Assembly (NCBI GenBank): GCA_964653975.1 | Contig: CAZZIG010000129.1 | Coordinates: forward strand, 5,440-69,439 | Direction: 5' to 3' | DNA from: an uncultured Acidimicrobiaceae bacterium | GTDB lineage: Bacteria > Actinomycetota > Acidimicrobiia > Spongiisociales > ZC4RG35 | DNA: 64,000 nucleotides | Shown: one piece after another, positions 1-8,613 of the stretch | Position numbering within the stretch: the stretch's first letter is position 1 | How the letters are laid out: every line of letters starts with the position of its first letter | Made by a program: the position numbers and the translations under genes | The notes under the pieces: model-generated | What the model was told of the DNA's origin: nothing | The model's input: the letters and a program-made list of their open reading frames with translations, nothing else | Databases searched by the model: none

Positions 1-790
1 CGAGGCCGGTGCGGAGAAAGTGGTCAGTCCAGATGGTGCCCTCGGTGCCTGCCACCTCGTCACGCAGGTCCATCCCGCCGCGGAAAGTCCACGACACTTC
101 GAACTGGCCCAGCGCACCCGACTCGAAGCGGATCAACCCGACTGCGTTGTCCTCGGCCTCGATGGGGTGGACGAGGGTGTCGGCCCAGGCCATCACCTCC
201 ACTGGACGGTTTCCCTTGCCGACGAAGTTCCTGATGATCTCGATGCAGTGACAGCCCAGGTCGACGATGGCCCCCCCGCCGGCTTTGGTCTTGTCCCAGA
301 ACCAGGCACTGTGCGGACCGGGATGGGTCTCTCGTGATCTCACCCAGGTGACATCGCCGATTGCCCCGGATCTGACCGTCTGCAACGCCTTGAGTGTCTT
401 GGGCGTGTAGCAGAGGTCCTCCAGGTAGCCGGCGAACACTCCCGCGGATTCGACCTTTTCGAGGATCCTCTTGGCCTCCTCGCGAGTGCGGGCAAGTGGC
501 TTGGTGCACAGGATGGCTTTGCCCGCCTCGGCTGCTGCGGCGATGACCTCCTCGTGGAGGAAGTTGGGCAGCCCGACGATCACGGTGTCGATGCCGTCGT
601 GGTTGATGGCCTCTTCCAACGATGTCGTGTGCTCGGGGATGTCCCACCGCTCGCTGAACGCCTTGCCCCGCTCCGCGCTCCTGGAGTACACGATGCCGAC
701 CCGATCGCGGTTGCGCTGCCCGTGCAGGGCCATCGTGTAGAAGTCACCGATCAGACCGGTGCCGAGCATTGCGACTTCGTGGGACTTCAT
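1..790 (-). CDS. Gfo/Idh/MocA family NAD(P)-dependent oxidoreductase (C-terminal end runs off the left window edge)
   Basis: Absent from the ORF track because it is open to the window edge. Reverse-complement reading from ATG at 790 gives [49 protein letters not shown]...[36 protein letters not shown]. This shows an N-terminal GxGxxG Rossmann motif and the E-K-P-like segment of the family. AGGAGG lies directly upstream (plus-strand cctcct 794-799). Confidence 0.8.
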   Translation of the reverse strand, partial: MKSHEVAMLGTGLIGDFYTMALHGQRNRDRVGIVYSRSAERGKAFSERWDIPEHTTSLEEAINHDGIDTVIVGLPNFLHEEVIAAAAEAGKAILCTKPLARTREEAKRILEKVESAGVFAGYLEDLCYTPKTLKALQTVRSGAIGDVTWVRSRETHPGPHSAWFWDKTKAGGGAIVDLGCHCIEIIRNFVGKGNRPVEVMAWADTLVHPIEAEDNAVGLIRFESGALGQFEVSWTFRGGMDLRDEVAGTEGTIWTDHFLRTGL

Positions 791-855
791 GATCCTCCTG
801 TGCCAATGGTGTCGCTACAACGTATCAGCGTGATCGGAGTGCGACGTCAGGCCGG

Positions 856-2961
856 TCAGCTATTGACCACTACCACGGGGCACGTCGCCTCCCGCACGAG
901 ACGTTCCACACGCGGACCGAGATGGAGGCGTGTCGTGCCGGCGCGGACCTCGGTACCCAGGATCAGAAGGTCCGGCCGAGTCTCGTCGATGTATGTCAGG
1001 ATGCCTTCTTCGGCGGAGACGTCGCGGCGGATCGTGGTCTCGGGAGCTCTTCCCAATGCGTCCCCGACGGCTTCGAGCTCGGCGGTTATCTCCATAGCCA
1101 TGTCGCCACGGACGTCGACCAGCGATGGTGTCACGATGTGGAGACCCTCGACCACGGTGTCTCCGCCCGCGATGGCGAAGGCGAGCTCTGCCGCCCTGCG
1201 GGCGGCCCGGGTGCCGTTGGTAGGAACGAGGACCCTGCGAATTTGCTCCGCCATCCCCACGCCACGTACGAGCAGGGTTGGACACGGTGACAACTTCACC
1301 AGATCGTCGATCAACGGCCCGAAGAGACTGTCCTCGCCACCCTCCGCCGAAGGCGTCCCCAGAACCATGAGGTCGTAGTCGCGAGCAGCCTCTCTAAGGA
1401 TCGCCTCGACAGGGTCTTCGGCCACCACCACCTTGGTGATCGTCTCGGTCTTCCCGAACATGCCCTGCAGCGCGGCGAGACGACGACCTGCCTCGGCTCT
1501 TTCCTCGGCCGGCACCACCGAGATCAATGTGACACTGAGACCTCGAAGCTCGGACAGCCGGTTGAGGATCGAGATCTGGAGATGCCTGGTGTGTCCCGGC
1601 GCCGACCGGGTTCGCACGGGCACCAGGACTCTCTGTATAACGCCGAGGAACGAGGCGCGAACCGCCGACTCGACCTTGATCCGCTCTTCCTCCTCGGAAC
1701 CTGGTTGCACCCTGGCGATGGTGTAGCGGAGGGCGAGCGGTGCCATGAGCGAAGTGACGACCGCCATGACCACGATGATCGAGAACATCGTTTGGCTCAG
1801 GATCCCAAGTGACAGACCGATGGTGGCGATGATGATCTCCAGGGCCCCGCGGGCGTTGAGCCCGGAGCCATAGGCCAGGGCAGACCAGTGATCCTGGCCG
1901 GAGAGAAGCCGGGCACCTGCATACGCACCCGCCACCTTGCCGAAAGTGGCCACCGTGATCACGGCGAGAGTGACCAGCAGCAGCCTGGGCTCGAGGATTG
2001 CTGTCACGTCGACTTTCAGGCCGGCGACGGCGAAGAAGATCGGGGCGAAGACTGCGACTGCGATCGCCTCGAGCTTCCTGATGGTGTCCGCAGGCAAACG
2101 CGGCGATCGACCGAAGAGTATCCCTATGGCGAACGCCCCCAGGACCGGCTCGAGGTGGAGGGCCTGGCTGAAGGCGCCCCAGGCGAATGCGAGCACCAGG
2201 ACCAAGCTGAGCATACGGTCCTCGCTCCGGAAATGATCCTGGATGAAGCCGAGTCCCCGGTTCACCAGCCAGGTCCCGATCGTGGCGGTCGCGACGAGAA
2301 AGAGGACCACCATCCCGACCGTCTCCAGGACGGTCCCCGCGGTGAGCGCGGAGGCGCTGGCCAGGGCGGTGACCACGCCTAGGAGGGTCCACCCGGTGAT
2401 GTCGTCGATCATCCCCGCGGCGAGGAGGGTCTGTCCGATGTCTCGACGCATGAGGTCGAGGTCCATCAACACCCTGGCCAGGACGGGTATCGCCGAAATG
2501 GAGAGCGCGGTGGCGAGGAACAACATGAATACCGTTCGTTGGGTCGGGTCGGCGAGCAGGTCCGCCGGTATCGTGTAGCCGAGGGCAAGGCCGGCTGCGA
2601 AGGGAAGGATGAGGCCTCCGACCGCCACCCCGAGCGCCGTTCGGAACTTGCGGCGGATCAGGCCGAGGTCGGTCTCCAGCCCGGTGACGATCAACAGCGT
2701 CATCACGCCGACCAGAGCGATAGTCTCGATGAGGAATCCCTGGACCTCGGTTCGGGGAACGATCCACACCCCCAAGGCCGGCACCGCCCCGGAGAGGAGC
2801 GACGGCCCAAGGAGAACCCCGGCGAGGATCTCGCCGACGACCGACGGTTGGCCCATCTTCTGGGCGAGACCTCCGAGGAGACGGGCCACAGCCAGCAGCA
2901 CGGCGATCTGCACCACCAGCTGGAGCACCTCGTCGTGGGAGGCGGCACCAAACGCATCCAC
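856..2961 (-). CDS. CPA2-type cation:proton antiporter fused to two C-terminal universal stress protein (Usp) domains
   Basis: ORF 856..3063(-). N-terminal half is multi-TM (LQLVVQIAVLLAVARLLGGLAQKMGQPSVVGEILAGVLLGPSLL...). C-terminal part has two Usp-like halves (RVLVPV..., RRVLVPTNG...CPVVVVNS). Start trimmed to GTG 2961, preceded by GAAGGAGG; the 34 upstream codons are Arg/Pro-rich. Confidence 0.85.
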   Translation of the reverse strand: MDAFGAASHDEVLQLVVQIAVLLAVARLLGGLAQKMGQPSVVGEILAGVLLGPSLLSGAVPALGVWIVPRTEVQGFLIETIALVGVMTLLIVTGLETDLGLIRRKFRTALGVAVGGLILPFAAGLALGYTIPADLLADPTQRTVFMLFLATALSISAIPVLARVLMDLDLMRRDIGQTLLAAGMIDDITGWTLLGVVTALASASALTAGTVLETVGMVVLFLVATATIGTWLVNRGLGFIQDHFRSEDRMLSLVLVLAFAWGAFSQALHLEPVLGAFAIGILFGRSPRLPADTIRKLEAIAVAVFAPIFFAVAGLKVDVTAILEPRLLLVTLAVITVATFGKVAGAYAGARLLSGQDHWSALAYGSGLNARGALEIIIATIGLSLGILSQTMFSIIVVMAVVTSLMAPLALRYTIARVQPGSEEEERIKVESAVRASFLGVIQRVLVPVRTRSAPGHTRHLQISILNRLSELRGLSVTLISVVPAEERAEAGRRLAALQGMFGKTETITKVVVAEDPVEAILREAARDYDLMVLGTPSAEGGEDSLFGPLIDDLVKLSPCPTLLVRGVGMAEQIRRVLVPTNGTRAARRAAELAFAIAGGDTVVEGLHIVTPSLVDVRGDMAMEITAELEAVGDALGRAPETTIRRDVSAEEGILTYIDETRPDLLILGTEVRAGTTRLHLGPRVERLVREATCPVVVVNS

Positions 2962-3261
2962 CCCGACCTCCTTCTTCGCTCGCCTTGGGGTTAGCTGACG
3001 GGCTGGAGGGTCGGCCCTACACGGGATCCACCCGGAATTCGCCCGATGATGGGTCCTTCCCACCTGGTCTGTACCAGGTTCGGGGGGAGATGCGGCATCC
3101 TAGCCGGGGGGACCTCCGGCATGATCGTGGCTTCCTCTCGTCGTATCACTGTCGTCGTATCAGAAGGACCCATCTGGCCTCTTCATCGGTGAGGAACGGG
3201 GAGAGGAGCCGAGTTGATCCTCCCGTGGCCGTGAGCCAGCGACCTCGTGGCCACAGGCAAC

Positions 3262-3296
3262 GGAGATGCACCCCGGTGTTCCCGGGGTGCATCTCC
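3262..3296 (-). terminator. Perfect 15-bp stem hairpin just downstream of the S8 peptidase stop (terminator-like, no clear U-tract)
   Basis: GGAGATGCACCCCGG-tgtt-CCCGGGGTGCATCTCC at 3262-3296, 6 nt beyond the stop codon at 3303-3305. Confidence 0.5.
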
Positions 3297-3302
3297 ATTG
3301 GG

Positions 3303-4475
3303 TCAGCCAAACTGCAGCCCGGGGACGTCGCCGTAGCTCATGGCTCGATTGGGCCAATAGGCGACACCACCAACGACTTCGACCGGTCCGCCATTCACGT
3401 AGGAGGCGGTGGCCACGGCGGCGGCGAAGGACGATCCGCTCCATTTGATGGCGTCGTCGGAATCACTGCCCCCGACACCGATGAGGTCCGATCCCGGCCC
3501 CACATCGTCCACCCAGTCGCGTGTTGGCGGCTCGACCGCGGAGTCATCCCGGTCCCAGACGACCTGTTTGCCGTCGCCGTCGGCTGCAGCCACCCCGCGA
3601 ACGTATCGGAACCCTGCGGGGTAGATCCTCTCCGCCGCGGGGGTGTTACCTGCCGCGGCGAAGACCGGAGTCTTGGGGAACACGTCGCGCCATCTGGCGA
3701 TGGCCTGCTGCAGGGTCACCATCACCAGATCGGCCTCGGTGGACCCCCCGATCGAGAGATTGAGCGCTTCGACGGCACATAGCCCCTTGTGACGCTCGAT
3801 GAGACGGTCAATGGCCCCGGCGACATGCAACTCCGTGGTCGGACCGGGCAGAGGGTGGTCGGCCTCGTGCTCGTTCTCCTGATCGAAGATTCCGGCCGCG
3901 GCGATGGAAACCGCATGTGAGGGGGCGACCTGACGGAGGAGGCTGGCGACGAATGTGCCATGACTGACCTCGTCGTCATGGAGTTCCTCCACATCCTCGA
4001 CGCCGTGGACGATGCTGGAGCTCATCCATGGCGGCAAGGATTCGGGTCTCACCACTCCCGTGTCGACCACGGCGATCACGCGGTGGCGGTCCCCGGCAGG
4101 GAGGGCGGGGAACACCACGTCCTCCACTCGGTCCGGCGTCGTCGCCGAGAAGGGTTGGTGCCAGTGGAAGCCGAGTTGGTGCACCGGGGAGGCGGTCACC
4201 CGGGCATCGGCTTCCATCACCTCTCGCGCCGCCTGCACCGGATCGTCGACGACGGCGAAATCCACGAACCGGCTCACCCGGTCGATCACGTCTGTTTCGG
4301 CCGGCTCACGCAGATGCTCCTGGAGGTCTGCCCGGTTGGCGCGCCGCCCCCGTCCCACCTCAGCCACCCGCTCCAGACCCCTCCGTCGCTCGTCGGGGTC
4401 TCTGGTGTCGATGCTGATCGCCAAGAGACCGGGAAGGACTTTGCGCCCGTGCCCCCCATCGTCTTTCTGGCTCAT
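3303..4475 (-). CDS. S8 family (subtilisin-like) serine peptidase with no recognisable signal peptide
   Basis: ORF 3303..4511(-). Catalytic-triad contexts VIAVVDTGV (Asp), SHGTFVASL (His) and WSGSSFAAAVATA (Ser), plus LNLSIGGS. Start set at ATG 4475 (MSQKDDGG...) preceded by AAGGAGGGG. N-terminus is hydrophilic and charged. Confidence 0.85.
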   Translation of the reverse strand: MSQKDDGGHGRKVLPGLLAISIDTRDPDERRRGLERVAEVGRGRRANRADLQEHLREPAETDVIDRVSRFVDFAVVDDPVQAAREVMEADARVTASPVHQLGFHWHQPFSATTPDRVEDVVFPALPAGDRHRVIAVVDTGVVRPESLPPWMSSSIVHGVEDVEELHDDEVSHGTFVASLLRQVAPSHAVSIAAAGIFDQENEHEADHPLPGPTTELHVAGAIDRLIERHKGLCAVEALNLSIGGSTEADLVMVTLQQAIARWRDVFPKTPVFAAAGNTPAAERIYPAGFRYVRGVAAADGDGKQVVWDRDDSAVEPPTRDWVDDVGPGSDLIGVGGSDSDDAIKWSGSSFAAAVATASYVNGGPVEVVGGVAYWPNRAMSYGDVPGLQFG

Positions 4476-4554
4476 GTCCCCTCCTTGTAACCGTCCTCTG
4501 GGGCGCGTCACCCCGGCGTGCGAGTATACGGAACACTGTCATGGGTGAAGTGAC

Positions 4555-7113
4555 GTGAAGCCGACTGTGCATCAGGTTTTCCAACTCGCCACCTCCGATC
4601 CCCATCGAGCCCTGGAGTTGGCCGGGTCGCTAGACGGCGATGAGCCCGCACTCTCCGCCGCAGAGCGGGCCACCCTCCATCGAGCCCGGAGCGTCGCCAA
4701 TCGTGTCCTGGGTGACTTTCAGAACGCACTCGACCTGGCCGAACGAGCATTGGCGATCGCGAGGGAGGCCGACGACGGGGCGCAACAACTCCTGGCGATC
4801 GTCACCATGGTGGGGCCCCTGCTCATTCTCGGTCGTTCTTCGGAGGCAATGGCTCGCCTCGATGGTGCCGTCGACCTGGCTACCACGCCGTATCTCCAGG
4901 CCCGGCTCTCCTATCAGAGGGGAGTGATATGGGGGATGAAGCGAGAGTTCTCGCGTGCCATCGAGGCGTTGGATGCGGCGCTTCCCGCATTCAGGGAGGC
5001 AGACGATCCCGAGATGGTGTTGGGCGCCTTGCGCGGCCGCGGGCTCTATCGGCTGGCCCTTGGCGATCTGCGTCGGGCTCGCGAAGACCTCGAGGAAGGA
5101 CTGGCCATCGCAGTCGGACGCAACGAAGAGGTGGTAGTCAGCGGGATCAAGCACAGCCTCGGTCTCCTCGCCTCCTACCGCGGGGACATCACCGAGGCCT
5201 TGCGTCTGCTGCTCGAATCTGACGAGATCTACATGCGTCTCACCGGGTCTCCCGTGCCCCAACACGTGGCCCGGTCCGATGTGCTGCTCAGCGCCGGTCT
5301 CTTCCACGAGGCATACGAGCTCGCCCATGCGATAGCCGAGCATCACCGGGCTCACGGAGATCCCGAGCATCTCGCCAATGCCCTTCTCGTCGCCGCCAAT
5401 GCCGCCCTGTTGGCAGGTGAGCTCCAGGATGCCTTGGCCACGGCGGAGAAGGCCGTGACCCAGTTCGAGCTGCACGAGAGGCCCCTCGACGCCGTCGAGG
5501 CCAGACGCATCGTCATCGAGGCCAGGTACAACCTCGAGGGAGCATCTCGAGAGCTCCTCGACAGCGCGACCGACGTGGCGACCACCCTCGAGTCGCAACG
5601 ACAGCTCGTGGCGGCGGCCCAGGCCCGTCTCCTCGTTGCCAGGATCGCGACCGACGTCGGCGATGTCGACGAGGCCGTGAGCTGGCTGGAGCCGGTGTCG
5701 AGAATCGGCACCGGGCCGGTCGAGCTCAGGATCCACGCCCTGGTGGCGACGGCGAGACTGCGACGGCTCCGTGGCGACAAGCGGCGTGCCGATGCTGCGG
5801 CGCGGTCCGGATTGCAGCTGATCGATGACTACCAGAGTGCCCTGGGCGCCACCGACCTCCGCATGGGCATCGAGCGCCACGGCTTCGAGTTGGGGGACAT
5901 CGGGCTCGATCTGGCGCTGGGCTCGGGAAACCCAAGGCGGATTTGGCGATGGATGGAACGAACCAGGGCTCGCGCCCTCCGTCATCAACCGGTGGTCGTT
6001 CCCGACGACGAGATCGGGGACGCCTTGGGGCGTCTCCGTCAGATCGAGGCCGGGTTGCGGGAGAGACAGGGGGATTCACGACTGCATCGCGAGAGACGGG
6101 CGCTTCAGGAGGAGATCCGCAACGCACATCGGCTCAGACGGTCCGAAGGGAGGTCAGCTCACGTATTCGACCTGGGGGCGCTCGTCACGGCGCTCGGCGA
6201 CCGATCTCTCCTGGAGATCGCGATCCATGACGGCCGGCTGCTGGGCGTGCACGTCTCCTCCGGGCGGGTGCGGCGGGTGGAGATGGGCGAAGCGGAGCCG
6301 GCTGTCCGCGAGCTGGTACATGTCCGATTCGCCATGCGGAGGGCGGCCCGTCTCGGGAGGGCCTTCGACGTCGGTGAGTTGGAGGCTTTGGGTGGGTTGC
6401 TCTTGGGGGACATCAGACTCGACGGCGAAGAGCTCATCCTGGTCCCGCCCCCGCGGCTGATGGCCGCTCCCTGGGCCGTCCTCCCCAACCTGGGGGACAA
6501 GGTGGTGACCGTCAGCCCGTCGGCGGAGATGTGGTGGCGGTCCCATCGTGCCGGATGGCGGGGAGACGGGGTCGTGATCGCCGGAGGCCCGGATTTGGAG
6601 TTGGCGGAGTCCGAGGTGAGTGCGGTTGCCGGTCTCTACCCCGACTCCGTCGTGCTTCCCCCCGGGTCCACCGTCGAAGGGCTGAAAGAGGCCTTGGGCG
6701 GGATGTCCCTGGCCCACATCGCCGCCCATGCCACTTTCAACAGCGAGAACCCGATGTTCTCCTCGCTCCGACTCGGCGATGGCGACCTCAATGTCTACGA
6801 CATCGAGCGGGTGAAGCCACCGCCGGCGACGGTGGTGCTCTCCGCCTGCGACTCCGGTTACACCGAGACGCGGGCCGGTCTCGAGCTCGCCGGCTTGACC
6901 TCGGCGCTGCTCAGCATGGGGACGCGGTCGGTGGTGGCCAGCATCGGGTTGGTGCCCGACTCCCCGGCCACGTCGGACCTGATGGTCCGTTTCCACCGGC
7001 GTTTGGCCTCCGGGGTCTCCACGTCGCAGGCGTTGGCCGAGACACAAGCCGAGACCTTCGACGACGCCACTGCCTTCGTCGCTGCCGCCTCTTTCGTCTG
7101 TGTGGGCGCATGA
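4555..7113 (+). CDS. TPR-repeat protein with C-terminal CHAT (caspase-like) protease domain
   Basis: 852-aa ORF with a GTG start. Long helical Ala/Leu/Arg-rich repeat region. C-terminus reads ...SLAHIAAHATFNSENPMFSSLRLGDGDLNVYDI...ATVVLSACDSGYTE, the His/Cys dyad context of CHAT domains. Confidence 0.8.
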   Translation: MKPTVHQVFQLATSDPHRALELAGSLDGDEPALSAAERATLHRARSVANRVLGDFQNALDLAERALAIAREADDGAQQLLAIVTMVGPLLILGRSSEAMARLDGAVDLATTPYLQARLSYQRGVIWGMKREFSRAIEALDAALPAFREADDPEMVLGALRGRGLYRLALGDLRRAREDLEEGLAIAVGRNEEVVVSGIKHSLGLLASYRGDITEALRLLLESDEIYMRLTGSPVPQHVARSDVLLSAGLFHEAYELAHAIAEHHRAHGDPEHLANALLVAANAALLAGELQDALATAEKAVTQFELHERPLDAVEARRIVIEARYNLEGASRELLDSATDVATTLESQRQLVAAAQARLLVARIATDVGDVDEAVSWLEPVSRIGTGPVELRIHALVATARLRRLRGDKRRADAAARSGLQLIDDYQSALGATDLRMGIERHGFELGDIGLDLALGSGNPRRIWRWMERTRARALRHQPVVVPDDEIGDALGRLRQIEAGLRERQGDSRLHRERRALQEEIRNAHRLRRSEGRSAHVFDLGALVTALGDRSLLEIAIHDGRLLGVHVSSGRVRRVEMGEAEPAVRELVHVRFAMRRAARLGRAFDVGELEALGGLLLGDIRLDGEELILVPPPRLMAAPWAVLPNLGDKVVTVSPSAEMWWRSHRAGWRGDGVVIAGGPDLELAESEVSAVAGLYPDSVVLPPGSTVEGLKEALGGMSLAHIAAHATFNSENPMFSSLRLGDGDLNVYDIERVKPPPATVVLSACDSGYTETRAGLELAGLTSALLSMGTRSVVASIGLVPDSPATSDLMVRFHRRLASGVSTSQALAETQAETFDDATAFVAAASFVCVGA

Positions 7114-7703
7114 GGAGGCTGGCCACCCTCTACGATCACACCATCGAAGACCCATCACACGGAGAACTGTTCACGCTCGCGGCCACCGGGGAGCAAGCCG
7201 CCTGGGAGGCCCTCGTCGACCGGTTCGGGCAAATGGTGTGGTCGGTGGCGCGCGGTCTCCGTCTCGACGACGCCACCGCCAAGGACGTAAGCCAAACCGT
7301 TTGGCTCAAGCTGATCGAGAACATCGACAACATCCGTGACCCGGATCGTCTCCCCGGCTGGCTTGCCACTACCTGTCGCCGCGAGGCGCTGCGGGTGGCC
7401 AAGGGGCGTGACCGGGACTTGCCCACGGAGTTCGCATATGACGTGGAGGACGAGAGCCCGACCCTGGACGAGTTGCTGGTCTCCGAAGAGGAGAATCGCT
7501 CGATCGTTGCCGCGTTCAACACCCTCGACGACATGTGCCGGCAACTGTTGCGGCTGATGATCGTCGAGCCTCCTCTCTCCTATGAGGAGATCTCCGCAGC
7601 GACCGGGCGGCCCATCGGGAGTCTCGGTCCCACCAGGGCGCGATGTCTGGAGAAGTTGAAGGGGGCGATCTCACGTATCAACCCGGCACCCGGGGCCTCT
7701 TAG
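7110..7703 (+). CDS. ECF-type RNA polymerase sigma-70 factor
   Basis: In-frame part of ORF 6531..7703. ATG 7110 overlaps the CHAT stop (ATGA). Region 2 (FGQMVWSVARGLRLDDATAKDVSQTVWLKLIENI...DRLPGWLATTCRREALR) and region 4 HTH (CRQLLRLMIVEPPLSYEEISAATGRPIGSLGPTRARCLEKLK). Confidence 0.9.
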   Translation: MRRLATLYDHTIEDPSHGELFTLAATGEQAAWEALVDRFGQMVWSVARGLRLDDATAKDVSQTVWLKLIENIDNIRDPDRLPGWLATTCRREALRVAKGRDRDLPTEFAYDVEDESPTLDELLVSEEENRSIVAAFNTLDDMCRQLLRLMIVEPPLSYEEISAATGRPIGSLGPTRARCLEKLKGAISRINPAPGAS

Positions 7704-7722
7704 TGACAGGAGGTGAGCATCG

Positions 7723-8178
7723 ATGAGCGAAATCAGTAGGGAAGAGTCGAACCTGCTCGCCGGTCTCCGCAAGGGACTGAGCGAGAGCGACCCTGTGCCC
7801 TCCGACGTCGCCCAATTCGCCAAAGCAGCCTTCGCATGGCGACAGATCGACGCTGAGCTCGCCGAGCTCGGTTTCGATTCGATCGACGAAGAGGTTCCCT
7901 CCGGTGTGCGCTCGACCACGGTCATTCGGATGCTGTCGTTCCAGGCGGGGCGATGGATGATCGACATCGAGTTCGACGAGACCGCGGGTCGACTGATGGG
8001 CGCAACCACACCTCCGGGTCGCTACACGATCGAGCTTCACACTGCAGGTGCCCGTTTCACGACGGAGTCCGACGACTCGGGGCGATTCAGCGCCGAGGGG
8101 GTGGTGCGCGGTCCGATGGGAATGGTCCTCCGTTTCGCCGACGGCGAAGTCGTCAAGACCCAGTGGGTCGTTCTCTGA
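7723..8178 (+). CDS. Hypothetical soluble 151-aa protein, third gene of the CHAT/sigma operon (candidate sigma partner)
   Basis: ATG preceded by ACAGGAGGTGAG, 19 nt after the sigma stop. No TM segment and no HxxxCxxC motif. Coding-like codon usage. Confidence 0.65.
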   Translation: MSEISREESNLLAGLRKGLSESDPVPSDVAQFAKAAFAWRQIDAELAELGFDSIDEEVPSGVRSTTVIRMLSFQAGRWMIDIEFDETAGRLMGATTPPGRYTIELHTAGARFTTESDDSGRFSAEGVVRGPMGMVLRFADGEVVKTQWVVL

Positions 8179-8212
8179 CGAGCCTCGTCGCGGCTGACCT
8201 CCTCTGAACTCT

Positions 8213-8597
8213 CGTATCAGGGTGCGACCTCATCCCTCTATCCGGATGACCGTCGCTCCGGGGCGATGGTCGTGAGGGGAGCGCAAGTGCGCTGATGTTC
8301 GGCGAGTTTCTCCCGACGGGGGAGTTCCGGGCCACCGGAGGAATCGGGTGGGGAGAACCGAGCAGACGGGCAGAGTGAGGGGGGCCGCACCGAGGGCGGC
8401 CCCCCTCTCCGTTGCCCATGATTCGAGAGTCGCCCGTGACCAAGAAGGACCCCGGGCCCTTGCGAGCCCGGGGTCGTGTTCCCCCCTTGTCGGAAAGCCT
8501 TTCCGTAGACCTTCCAGGTCGACGGAAAGGCCGCCCCCCACCGGGAAGTCCAGGAGCTTGTCTGTTGGATAGAGGGGAAGGACCGGCTCCTGATACG
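8213..8597 (+). ncRNA. Candidate large structured RNA or long structured leader (family unassigned)
   Basis: Long-range pairing 8213-8221/8589-8597 and 8234-8243/8568-8577 encloses strong hairpins at 8248-8271, 8377-8407 (perfect 12 bp), 8448-8475 (perfect 10 bp) and 8497-8531. A G-T pair in the 8248-8271 stem is tolerated only on the + strand. Overlapping ORFs are non-coding-like. Confidence 0.35.
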
Positions 8598-8613
8598 CGT
8601 TGTGTCTTGTTGT

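Noticed and set aside
4536-4563. An ECF-type promoter look-alike GGAAC...CGT upstream of the CHAT gene.
   Set aside because: The spacer is about 19 nt rather than the usual 16-17. The CGT lies immediately adjacent to the proposed GTG start codon, so a transcript from it would lack the start.
8348-8572. A 74-aa ORF preceded by GGAGGA inside the structured intergenic region.
   Set aside because: The translation is Arg/Pro/Ser-rich. It uses several AGA/AGG codons that are rare in the clearly coding genes of this window. It also runs through perfect hairpin arms, which is more consistent with non-coding RNA.
8213-8597. The structured element might be RNase P RNA or tmRNA, given its size (about 385 nt) and terminal closing helix.
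   Set aside because: Neither strand contains the RNase P P4 signatures (GGAAAGUCCGG ... ACAGAAxxCGGCUUA). Neither has a tmRNA tRNA-like end (GGGG... 5' end, GGUUCGAxUCC T-loop, CCA-proximal acceptor). The nearest look-alike (GGGAAGUCCAGGAGC) is at the wrong end. A covariance-model scan is still needed.
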